Positions 1-7,696 of a stretch of DNA of 32,000 bases are shown here, one piece after another. The DNA is from Staphylothermus hellenicus DSM 12710 (GTDB lineage: Archaea > Thermoproteota > Thermoprotei_A > Sulfolobales > Desulfurococcaceae). The translations under genes and the position numbers were made by a program. Under the pieces are notes generated by a model. That model worked only from the letters and a program-made list of their open reading frames with translations. It was not told the DNA's origin and did no database searches. Each line of letters begins with the position of its first letter. The stretch's first letter is position 1. Location: NCBI RefSeq assembly GCF_000092465.1, contig NC_014205.1:600001-632000 (forward strand). The letters are read 5' to 3'.

Positions 1-776
1 TTGTTGAATTAATGGCTTTATCCCTCCTATTATTTCTCTCAAGTTTTCTCGGGTTTTTAGATGATATTTTAGGGTGGAAGAAAGGATTACGTGTAATATA
101 TAGAATAGTATTAATGGCTCCACTAGCCATCCCCATGATGGTAATCAAAGCAGGTCATTCAACTATGAATATACCATTTATTGGAGTAGTAGATTTCGGC
201 TTAGCTTATCCATTAATCCTCGTACCCATAGGTGTTTTAGGTGCAGCCAATGCTTTCAACATGATTGCCGGATACAATGGATTAGAGGCATCGATGGGTT
301 TACAGTTAATGTTATTCACATCCATATATACATATATCAACAATGTTCATCCAAGCTTTGAAGCATCACTAATAATGTTAGCAGCAATAACTGCGTTCCT
401 CATATACAATTGGTACCCTGCCAAAATATTTCCAGGCAACTCTTTCACATATGGTTTAGGAGCATATTATGCAAGCCTTGTTATTCTGGGAAATTTTGAA
501 AAATACGGATTAATGCTTTTTACATTATACTTTATAGAGCTAATCCTCTTCATAAGGGGATTAATAAATGGGGTTTATAAAGAAAATTATGGTAAGGTAA
601 GGAATGATGGAACACTTGAACCCCCATATGATAAAATCTATAGTGTTACACATTTAGCTATCAAGATCCAGCTATTCATTAGAGGAAAAGCAACCGAGAA
701 AGGAGTAGTTATAGTATTAAATATTATACAGTTCTTTATAGGATTACTATCTCTAATACTTATCAACATCATATAA
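1..776 (+). CDS. Glycosyltransferase family 4 (MraY/WecA/AglH-like polyprenyl-phosphate HexNAc-1-phosphate transferase), 5'-truncated by the window edge
   Basis: The frame of ORF 12..776 stays open back to base 3, so the true N-terminus lies upstream of the window. It is a polytopic membrane protein with the family loops 'FLDDILGWKKG' and 'ANAFNMIAGYNGLEA' (cf. NxxNxxDGxDGL). Confidence 0.8.
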   Translation, partial: VELMALSLLLFLSSFLGFLDDILGWKKGLRVIYRIVLMAPLAIPMMVIKAGHSTMNIPFIGVVDFGLAYPLILVPIGVLGAANAFNMIAGYNGLEASMGLQLMLFTSIYTYINNVHPSFEASLIMLAAITAFLIYNWYPAKIFPGNSFTYGLGAYYASLVILGNFEKYGLMLFTLYFIELILFIRGLINGVYKENYGKVRNDGTLEPPYDKIYSVTHLAIKIQLFIRGKATEKGVVIVLNIIQFFIGLLSLILINII

Positions 777-908
777 TCCCCCATCACTTTTAAATATGAA
801 GAGGATTATACTCTGCTTGCCAAATTCTTTCAATAAGGAAACGAGTTATGACCGCTTTCAATTTCAAACATAAAAGCTGAGAGAAATAATTACAAAAAAT
901 AACGGTTT

Positions 909-939
909 GAGAGGGGCTTCCGGGATCCCAGCTCTTCTC
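909..939. ncRNA. GC-rich hairpin island, candidate small structured RNA of unknown class
   Basis: gagaggggc (909-917) pairs with gctcttctc (931-939), giving 9 bp including 2 G-U pairs if read on the + strand. The loop contains the palindrome gggatccc. This local GC spike sits in an AT-rich 520-bp spacer, and a T6 tract lies nearby on the minus strand (about 893-900). No family was recognised. Confidence 0.15.
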
Positions 940-1185
940 CACAGATTTGAACCCCCCAGTTTTCTTAAGTGTTAGTTCTGAGTCTAACTCAAGAAATAAA
1001 ATTTTATGACTGTTCTCTAAAAGTTTAAAGAAGTATTGAGCCTAGTTTATTTCGTACTTATAACTATTGAGTCGTATTTTTGTGTTGAAAAGCTAGGTTA
1101 CCCCCATTTAATGTTTAAACATATATCTTGCTTGTTATTTTCTTTCGCCATAATACTATTGCTTTCCGTGATTATGTGGTTAGAA

Positions 1186-1262
1186 GGAGGGCGCGGTGAA
1201 TACGTCCCAGGCCATTTCATCCATAACCCAAGCCCTCTACGGGGCTTGGGCGTCTAGGCCGT
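1186..1262. ncRNA. GC-rich structured element with a 16S-rRNA-like 18-mer and a perfect 9-bp hairpin; candidate ncRNA, strand unresolved
   Basis: gcgcggtgaatacgtccc (1191-1208) resembles the conserved SSU rRNA segment GCGGTGAATACGTCCC. The hairpin is cccaagccc (1227-1235) / gggcttggg (1242-1250) with loop tctacg. It is bracketed by GGCC (1210-1213, 1257-1260) and followed by a T5 tract (1269-1273). A TATA-like 'ataatacta' lies about 30 nt upstream. Confidence 0.25.
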
Positions 1263-1294
1263 TAATTATTTTTGTTAAAAATAGTTGATATGGT

Positions 1295-2581
1295 TTACTT
1301 GTTTTCGCCTTTTAAGTATTCTTCTAGTAATTTTTTAGCGTAATCATATCTTATTTTTCCCTCACCAATCATTCTCTCAGCTATCTTATCTATTAGTTCG
1401 CCAGTTGCACCCGCCATTATAGCTAGGTTTCTGGCATGTAGTCTCATATGTCCTTTCTGTATTCCTTCGTGAACAAGTGCTCTTAGAGCAGCTAGGTTTT
1501 GAGCTAAGCCTACAGCAGCCATTATCTCCGCTAATTCCTTAGCAGTCTTTACTCCTAGTATTTTTAATGCTATCTTAGCTATTGGATGAACTTTTGTGGC
1601 GCCGCCCACGATTCCAACTTGTAATGGTAGCTCGAGGCTTCCAACAAGCATTCCTTCCTCATCTAGCTCCCATGTGCTTAACGGCTTATATACTCCTGAT
1701 CTAGCAGCATATGCGTGTGCTCCCGCCTCTATTGCTCGATGATCTTGGGCTGTAGCTAGTGCTACAGCTATTATTCCATTCATTATGCCCTTATTATGTG
1801 TAACAGCTCTGTAGGGATCGGCTTCTGCTAGAATACTTGCTTCAACAATTTTCCTCGCAACATCTTTTCCGCCAACATCTTCTGGATCTGTGCGAGCCAA
1901 TGCCCGAACTATTCTACGAGTAGCATAGTTGCTTATTATTCGGAGTCTTGCTTCACCACCGGTAATTTTCTCTAATAGTGGAGCAATAGATTCAACCATA
2001 GTATTCACAGCATTAGCTCCCATAGCATCTAACACATCAACTATTAAATGAACAACTATTACAGGGCCCATACGCGTATTCAATACCCGTACCTCTAAAT
2101 CCCGCGGCCCCCCACCCAGTTTTATGAGTGTAGAATCTTGTTGTTTTGCATGATCAATTATTTCCTCCTTATGCTCCAGGATCTTCATCGCTTTATAATA
2201 GGGGGCCTCAACGTTTACGAGGTGGATTTGGCCAATCATTTCCTGGGGGCCAGCACGTACAATTATGCCTCTACCTCTTCTAAGCATTTTAGCGGCATTA
2301 CTAGCTGCTGCAACAACACTTGTTTCCTCAATAACCATTGGGACAAGATAGTCTCTACCATTGATTTTGAAGTTTACAGCTACAGCGAATGGATAAGTCA
2401 TTCCACCAATAACGTTTTCAATCATTGAATCAGCTATTTTCTCCGGTAAATTACCTAGGTTTCTCAGTAAATTAACTTCTTCCTCGGTTAAACCAGCCCA
2501 TTCACCAACGATCCTAAGTCTTTCATCAAGACTTTTCTTATAAAATCCGGGAATACGGCTACTCCTCATTTCATGTGACAA
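1295..2581 (-). CDS. hmgA: Hydroxymethylglutaryl-CoA reductase (NADPH), class I archaeal type
   Basis: 428-aa ORF with HMGR catalytic-domain motifs 'ENVIGG', 'EETSVVAA', 'DAMGANAVNTMVE', 'GIVGGAT' and the C-terminal catalytic-His region 'HMRLHARN'. Confidence 0.95.
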   Translation of the reverse strand: MSHEMRSSRIPGFYKKSLDERLRIVGEWAGLTEEEVNLLRNLGNLPEKIADSMIENVIGGMTYPFAVAVNFKINGRDYLVPMVIEETSVVAAASNAAKMLRRGRGIIVRAGPQEMIGQIHLVNVEAPYYKAMKILEHKEEIIDHAKQQDSTLIKLGGGPRDLEVRVLNTRMGPVIVVHLIVDVLDAMGANAVNTMVESIAPLLEKITGGEARLRIISNYATRRIVRALARTDPEDVGGKDVARKIVEASILAEADPYRAVTHNKGIMNGIIAVALATAQDHRAIEAGAHAYAARSGVYKPLSTWELDEEGMLVGSLELPLQVGIVGGATKVHPIAKIALKILGVKTAKELAEIMAAVGLAQNLAALRALVHEGIQKGHMRLHARNLAIMAGATGELIDKIAERMIGEGKIRYDYAKKLLEEYLKGENK

Positions 2582-2717
2582 ATCTTATCCCTCTATACAT
2601 AGTGTATTTAGCTGGTTAGGAACATGGTTAAGCTAATATCTAGATATATGGTTTAAAATATAAATTACTTAATTGCTCATCTCTATTATTTGACTAATTG
2701 GAAAACCATGATAGAGG

Positions 2718-2754
2718 TCTTTAAAAATCTTTAATACAAACATTTAATCTTTAA
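2718..2754. promoter_or_regulatory. Helically phased TCTTTAA direct repeats in the hmgA / ORF2834 divergent promoter region
   Basis: TCTTTAA occurs at 2718-2724, 2728-2734 and 2748-2754, with start-to-start spacing of 10 and 20 bp. A TATA-like 'ttttatatatt' lies at about 2770-2780. AT-rich background makes a chance occurrence plausible. Confidence 0.2.
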
Positions 2755-2833
2755 ATACTTTGATCACCATTTTATATATTGTTAAAGATATCTATTTTGA
2801 TCTATCTGTACATATAGAGGTGTATCCCACATA

Positions 2834-3790
2834 GTGCCCTCAACCAGTGGGAAACATAAAATACTTAGAGATATTGTCTTTAGGAGCAGACTCCTCCTCG
2901 AGGGAAAACTAGTTAAGTCTATAAGGAGTAATAAGCAGGTTTCAATAAATAATCTTTTACGTGAAAGCGAAGAGAACCCCCTATATATTACTCTGGTTAC
3001 AAACGTTGAAGGCACAGATATTAGGGCTCACATATATGGTTATAAAAATGAAATACTTGATTGTTTCTTAGACAATAATCCTGATATTGAAACAAGTGAG
3101 TGTTTAGGCTTAGTTTCTAACCTGTTAAAGGATGAATTGGCTGAGAAGAGAATAAATATACACATGTTTCCACCGGATTTAATCAAAGATGTAATCCAAG
3201 AAGATAAAACTGGGTCCTCAACCGTAGCTAAAGGTGTTGAAAAGAAGGTTGAGATCGAAGAGGAAACAATTGATTTTCCCTATATCGAGTATTTATTACT
3301 AAACGAACTCACCAAGATAGGATTAATTGTTGACCTAGTACATTTAACTATGATTGGAAAAGATATCGTTGCTAATATTAAATTATCAGATGTGAGCGAA
3401 TTACCATCACCTTTAGATACAGCGTATATTGCTGGAGGAATTATATGTGAAAATGCTCCTATACATGGAAACATAGTAGTGAATATTATTCATAGAAAAA
3501 GACACAACATAGTCCTAGAATATAATGGTGATAGAATTAAATGCATAGCATTAGGTTTAATACCACGCATGTTGAAAGACTACGGATTAATTCTAAGAAA
3601 GATAAATTACCAAGATGTAGGAAGAACATTTATTCTAAAGCTAAACTTAAAACAGTATGCTTCAGAACTGAAACACGATCCTATGGAGGTTGTTAAACGT
3701 ATTCAATCAACACTATCCAGTATAACAGGCAAAAACGTTTATGTAGCTATAAAATATGGATTATTTGGAAAAGAGTATAGAACTTATTAA
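2834..3790 (+). CDS. Hypothetical protein (318 aa), no recognisable domain
   Basis: This is a long uninterrupted ORF in a stop-codon-rich AT genome. It has a GTG start with GAGGTG 11 nt upstream, and the first in-frame ATG is only at about 3163. The amino-acid composition looks protein-like, but I could recognise no motif. Confidence 0.5.
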   Translation: MPSTSGKHKILRDIVFRSRLLLEGKLVKSIRSNKQVSINNLLRESEENPLYITLVTNVEGTDIRAHIYGYKNEILDCFLDNNPDIETSECLGLVSNLLKDELAEKRINIHMFPPDLIKDVIQEDKTGSSTVAKGVEKKVEIEEETIDFPYIEYLLLNELTKIGLIVDLVHLTMIGKDIVANIKLSDVSELPSPLDTAYIAGGIICENAPIHGNIVVNIIHRKRHNIVLEYNGDRIKCIALGLIPRMLKDYGLILRKINYQDVGRTFILKLNLKQYASELKHDPMEVVKRIQSTLSSITGKNVYVAIKYGLFGKEYRTY

Positions 3791-3855
3791 AAACCCACTA
3801 GTTTAATTCCCAAACACAAGAGGAGATGTAAACTTATTGATGCCGATAAACTAGT

Positions 3856-4512
3856 TTATACTCTTTTCTCTTCTACATAATCATGGCTAAGCCCCCGATC
3901 TCCTGCATCTCCTAGACCGGGTACTATGAAGAATTTATCGTTAAGTAATGGATCAATAGCTACAGTAATTATCGGTATATTTCCTAGTTCTCGCCTTATA
4001 TATTCTATTCCAGGCTTACTAGATATGATGGTTAAAATAATAATATCTCTTGCTTTTCTGTCTCGAAGCTTCTTAACCACCTTAACTATTGTTTTACCAG
4101 TTGCTAGCATGGGATCAATGAGTAAGATAGTATATATTGATAGATCCTCCGGTAATCTCTCATAATATACATCAACCTCTACTCTGTCAGGGTATTCATG
4201 TCTTCTAGCCGCAACAAGGCCTAGGCCAGCCCATGGTAATGCATCCCATATACCTTCAATCATTGGTATTGATGCTCCAAGAATACCTACGATCAATACT
4301 GGCTTACCTATTTCTAAACCCTCAGATTTTGCTAGCGGTGTTTCAACGAATACTTTTTTCCACCTCAGATATCTAGAAGCTTCGTATCCCAGTATGAAAC
4401 CAAGCCTTCTAATATAGTCTCGGAAAATTTTAGGAGTCGTCCTATGATCTCTTAAAATAGTTAAGTAGTATTTTACTAACGGATTATCAACTATTACTAG
4501 ATCGCCTCTCAT
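3856..4512 (-). CDS. upp: Uracil phosphoribosyltransferase
   Basis: 218 aa. It has the PRPP-binding loop 'LLIDPMLATGKT' and the C-terminal uracil-binding motif 'FIVPGLGDAGDR', both typical of UPRTase. Confidence 0.93.
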   Translation of the reverse strand: MRGDLVIVDNPLVKYYLTILRDHRTTPKIFRDYIRRLGFILGYEASRYLRWKKVFVETPLAKSEGLEIGKPVLIVGILGASIPMIEGIWDALPWAGLGLVAARRHEYPDRVEVDVYYERLPEDLSIYTILLIDPMLATGKTIVKVVKKLRDRKARDIIILTIISSKPGIEYIRRELGNIPIITVAIDPLLNDKFFIVPGLGDAGDRGLSHDYVEEKRV

Positions 4513-4559
4513 ATATACCCTCCAACTTATATAGTGATCTATTCCTAAATATTTTTTGC

Positions 4560-4887
4560 AGGTAAATATTTCAGTATCAAATTAATATAACAAGAAAATC
4601 CTTGTATAAAATAAAGGAAAATACAATGTATAGACATGCTGACACCTCATATCTCTCCTCATACATACATTCCAGAATAACCAAGCAATCCTCATACCGA
4701 GACAACACATAAACAACTACGCAACATAATCGAACACTTCACATTATACAAACCAGTCAATACCCCAGCGATACTATTAAACCTATAGATAATCAGTCGA
4801 ACAAGATCAACCAAGGGATCAAATAGAGAAAATAATATATAGTTCTTCGAAGAAAAACTATAAATGTAACAACGTATTCGAACCAGA
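4560..4887 (+). other. Putative CRISPR leader (A+C-rich, G-depleted on the + strand)
   Basis: This non-coding stretch lies directly upstream of the first perfect repeat. By eye, roughly 4640-4830 has very few G on the + strand. It has no ORF of 60 aa or more. A truncated repeat start 'gtaacaac' occurs at 4866-4873. Confidence 0.4.
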
Positions 4888-5050
4888 GTAACAACCTAGA
4901 AAGAATTGAAGGCTACTAACTACTATCATTACTCTATTCTCAAATTCCTTGTAACAACCTAGAAAGAATTGAAGGTACTATTTTGCCCCTTATACTGATC
5001 ATTGCCCTCATTCCGTAACAACACAAAAAGAACATAAAAAGAATTGAAGG
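4888..5050 (+). CRISPR. Mini-CRISPR array: 2 perfect 25-nt repeats plus 1 degenerate terminal repeat, 2 spacers, no cas genes in the window
   Basis: GTAACAACCTAGAAAGAATTGAAGG occurs at 4888-4912 and 4951-4975. The spacers are 38 nt (4913-4950) and 39 nt (4976-5014). The third repeat (5015-5050) keeps gtaacaac...aaagaattgaagg but has an expanded middle. The repeat 3' end ATTGAAGG resembles the crenarchaeal 8-nt crRNA 5' handle ATTGAAAG, which sets the + orientation. Confidence 0.75.
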
Positions 5051-5057
5051 ATATTTC

Positions 5058-6100
5058 TTATTTTATTTTTAAAGGTGGGTTTTCGGCCCATATTCTACAA
5101 GTTCCTTTGCTACTAACCATGCATGGCCCGTATGGATTGCTTGGCGTATATGTTTTCATAAATAATGGGCTATCTGTAGGTTTTGCTATGCCGTGTGTTA
5201 CTTCTGGACACTTACAACTTGGCAGTATGTCATTGACTGTTTTATCATCTATTTCGAGGTAATGGTATAGATCATGTTTTAAATAATCCTTAGAATTGTA
5301 TCCTCCACTTCTCTGGGCAACGCCTATTTCTCTCCCATAAGCGTTTCTAACCTCATATGCTTTGCTCATAACTTTCTTAGCAAAGATGTTATCTTCGGGC
5401 TTTACGACTCTTATGTATTCATTTATTAGTTTAGGCTTGTTTTCTCTCATGTCTAGTATATAGTATATTGGAAGCAATACATCTATAGGTTCAAAGCCTG
5501 CAACAACTGTTGGCATCTTGTATTTCTTGGCAGGGATCTCCAACCATTAGATCCTATGACTGCTGATACATGTCCAGGAGCGATTATTCCATGAATAACT
5601 GTTTCAGGCTTTTCATCAAGCAAATACTTCATAATGGGAGGTGTTAATCTGTAAGCAGATAATTATAGTGGGACAGCTGCTGTTGGCATTGTTGTTTCGA
5701 GCCCTACTGCGAGGAAAGCATGTTTTTTCAAGGGGTTCCTGCGGGCTATTAAGATGGTATCTAAGTAGCTGTAAACAATACATGTATCTTCTCTATGGAT
5801 TTTTGCATCAAATAAGCTTCTAATGCCTCTTAGCCTGGTGCCTGGTAGTTTATAGGGGTCACTAGTGCCCGGGAGCTGTATATACGGGACATCCGGGTCC
5901 GGCTATTAATTCGGCATTTTCTGGCATAAGGGATCTTATACCGTGGTGTGTAATTATCCATTCATGTGTTCCATAGAAATTCATTATTTTAGTATCATTG
6001 TATCCCTTCTTCTTTAAAGCATAGGCTTTCTCGGTTATTTTTGGGATAATGTCTTTTGGAAATAGGGTTTTTCTCGTATAGTTCTTTTAATTATTTTTCT
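5058..6100 (-). pseudogene. hypD: [NiFe]-hydrogenase maturation factor HypD, decayed pseudogene
   Basis: The C-terminal half is intact as ORF 5058..5543 ('VVAGFEPIDVL', 'CKCPEV', 'GPCMVSSKGTC'). Upstream HypD segments on the same strand are found only in broken frames: 'MNFYGTHEW...LIAGPGCPVYTAPGH*', 'SYLDTILIARRNPLKKHAFLAVGLETTMPTAAVPL*' and 'LTPPIMKYLLDEKPETVIHGIIAPGHVSAVIGSNGW'. Confidence 0.85.
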
Positions 6101-6115
6101 CAATACTCGTATTTT

Positions 6116-6730
6116 TCACTTTTTCAACATGTATTTTATGCGGTTCAGATCATTGTATGTGTCTAAATCTAATATTACGCCGGGATAAATAGTATTCGCC
6201 ACGATGGTTTCATAATTGTATTTTTTAGTAATGGCTTTTAATCCTCTTGTTTCTTCCGAGATACTCATAAGTTCATGTATTATATCGGCGTTGAAAAGAA
6301 TCGGGTGACCTCTTCTACCATTGTATGCTGCAACAACTATTTTCGGCTTCTTTTCCCTGAATACATCTATGATTAAATCATACACTTCCGGCGGAGCCCA
6401 TGCAGTATCGCCTGGTGCAATTAGTATTGCTTCGATTTTATCTCCATATTTATTGTATACATGTCTTATACCGGTTTTAACACTGGAACTCATTCCTTCA
6501 AAATAGTTAGTATTATAGGTAAACTCTACGTTATCACCGAGATCCTTTAACGCGTCATGTATTCTTTCTCTATCATGTCCTAAAACAACCACTATTTTAT
6601 CCACATATTTACTATTTAGAATATTCTCCACTGTCCACCGAATAACTGGTTTACCTTCCCATGTGTAAAGAAGCTTGTTACCCGGGAATCTCCTGCTAAG
6701 TCCTGCGGCTAGTACTATTGCCACGATCAA
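6116..6730 (-). CDS. MobA/MocA-like molybdenum-cofactor nucleotidyltransferase family protein
   Basis: 204 aa. It has the N-terminal NTP-binding loop 'LAAGLSRRF', plus 'GMSSSVKTG', 'APGDTAW' and 'RRGHPILF'. This pattern fits MobA-like NTP transferases. Confidence 0.75.
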   Translation of the reverse strand: MIVAIVLAAGLSRRFPGNKLLYTWEGKPVIRWTVENILNSKYVDKIVVVLGHDRERIHDALKDLGDNVEFTYNTNYFEGMSSSVKTGIRHVYNKYGDKIEAILIAPGDTAWAPPEVYDLIIDVFREKKPKIVVAAYNGRRGHPILFNADIIHELMSISEETRGLKAITKKYNYETIVANTIYPGVILDLDTYNDLNRIKYMLKK

Positions 6731-6895
6731 TTCTTAGAGCCTCATGGAACCCTGCTATTAGATTACTAATATCTTTAGAGAAAGATAAATTTATTAACGT
6801 TATAGATTAAAACTAAGATATTGTAACATGATGGAAATGAATTGTTTCGATTTAGATGGCAGAGATAACTTGAAATAAAAGTTATTCATTTAAAT

Positions 6896-7696
6896 TTGTT
6901 CTTGAATATTTTATTCATGATTGTTTATATATTGAAGGTGCAAGCGGTTTTGCCTATACATAGTGATCCGCTCGTTGTGGTTGAGGGGCTTGAGAAAATA
7001 TATTCTGGTAAGATACATGCTTTGAAAGGCATCAGTTTCAAAGTATATCCAGGTGAAATATTTGGTTTAATTGGGCCGAACGGTGCTGGTAAAACGACAA
7101 CGTTGAGAATAATCGCAACGATCCTTTCTCCTACCAGGGGGGATGCATTAGTTGATGGTTTCAGTGTTTCTAAGAACCCAGGTGAAGTTCGAAAAAGAAT
7201 CTCGTATTTACCCGAAGAAGCTGGTGCATATAAGTATTTAACTGGTTATGAGTTTCTCGAATTTATCGCTGGTTTCTTTGCTGAGAACATAGAAGATAGG
7301 AATAATATGGTTAGGGAAGCAGTTAAGATTAGTGGTTTAGGCGATAAAATCCATGATAAAATCAAAACATATAGTAAAGGAATGCTTAGAAGACTATTAA
7401 TAGCGAAGACGCTTATGATTAAGCCTAAACTAGCAATACTGGATGAGCCTACTAGTGGATTAGATGTTATTAATGCTATGCGTGTCCGTAAAATAATTAA
7501 GAGTTACTCTAGAGAATACAATGTTACAGTCCTGCTTAGTAGCCATAACATGTTAGAAGTAGAATTCCTATGTGATAGGGTAGCAATAATTCATGAAGGC
7601 AGAATCATAGCCGAGGGATCACCTGTAGAGCTGAAAACAAAATATGAAGCATCTAATCTCGAAGAGGTATTTATGAAAATTGTTGGTGAAGAATAA
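6896..7696 (+). CDS. ABC transporter ATP-binding protein (ABC-2 / exporter type)
   Basis: It has Walker A 'GPNGAGKTTT', a signature-like 'YSKGMLRRL', Walker B 'LAILDEPTSGLD' and H-loop 'SSHNM'. The start is uncertain: TTG 6896, ATG 6917 and GTG 6938 all precede the first beta-strand 'LVVVEGLEKIY'. Confidence 0.9.
   Translation: MFLNILFMIVYILKVQAVLPIHSDPLVVVEGLEKIYSGKIHALKGISFKVYPGEIFGLIGPNGAGKTTTLRIIATILSPTRGDALVDGFSVSKNPGEVRKRISYLPEEAGAYKYLTGYEFLEFIAGFFAENIEDRNNMVREAVKISGLGDKIHDKIKTYSKGMLRRLLIAKTLMIKPKLAILDEPTSGLDVINAMRVRKIIKSYSREYNVTVLLSSHNMLEVEFLCDRVAIIHEGRIIAEGSPVELKTKYEASNLEEVFMKIVGEE

Noticed and set aside
943-957. T-loop-like 'GGGGGTTCAAATC' on the minus strand, and a similar 'GGCCGGTTCAAAA' at 13238-13250, suggesting tRNA genes or split-tRNA halves.
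   Set aside because: I tried to fold both regions as tRNA. There is no complementary T-stem 3' arm, no acceptor stem and no D-arm. The flanking sequence does not fit a 5' or 3' tRNA half with a BHB junction.
1036-1257. 73-aa + strand ORF in the spacer between the GT4 gene and hmgA.
   Set aside because: It has no recognisable motif and an odd composition. Its 3' third is the GC-rich hairpin / 16S-like element, which is better explained as structured nucleic acid. There is no convincing RBS or TATA at a suitable distance.
2138-4165. Antisense or overlapping ORFs inside hmgA (2138..2428), the 318-aa ORF (2782..3015, 3280..3474) and upp (3926..4165). Similar small antisense ORFs occur within pepA, the DUF47 gene, NfeD, stomatin, the permease and the binding protein.
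   Set aside because: Each lies wholly within a gene with strong motif support on the other strand, and none has a recognisable motif of its own.
5641-5823. 60-aa + strand ORF inside the hypD pseudogene interval.
   Set aside because: It is antisense to clearly HypD-homologous sequence, has no motif and is short. It is most simply a by-product of the pseudogene region.
6826-6885. C-box-like 'ATGATGG' upstream of the ABC-2 operon, as a possible third C/D sRNA.
   Set aside because: There is no CTGA D box at the right spacing, the C'/D' candidates are poor, and there is no terminal stem or GC enrichment.
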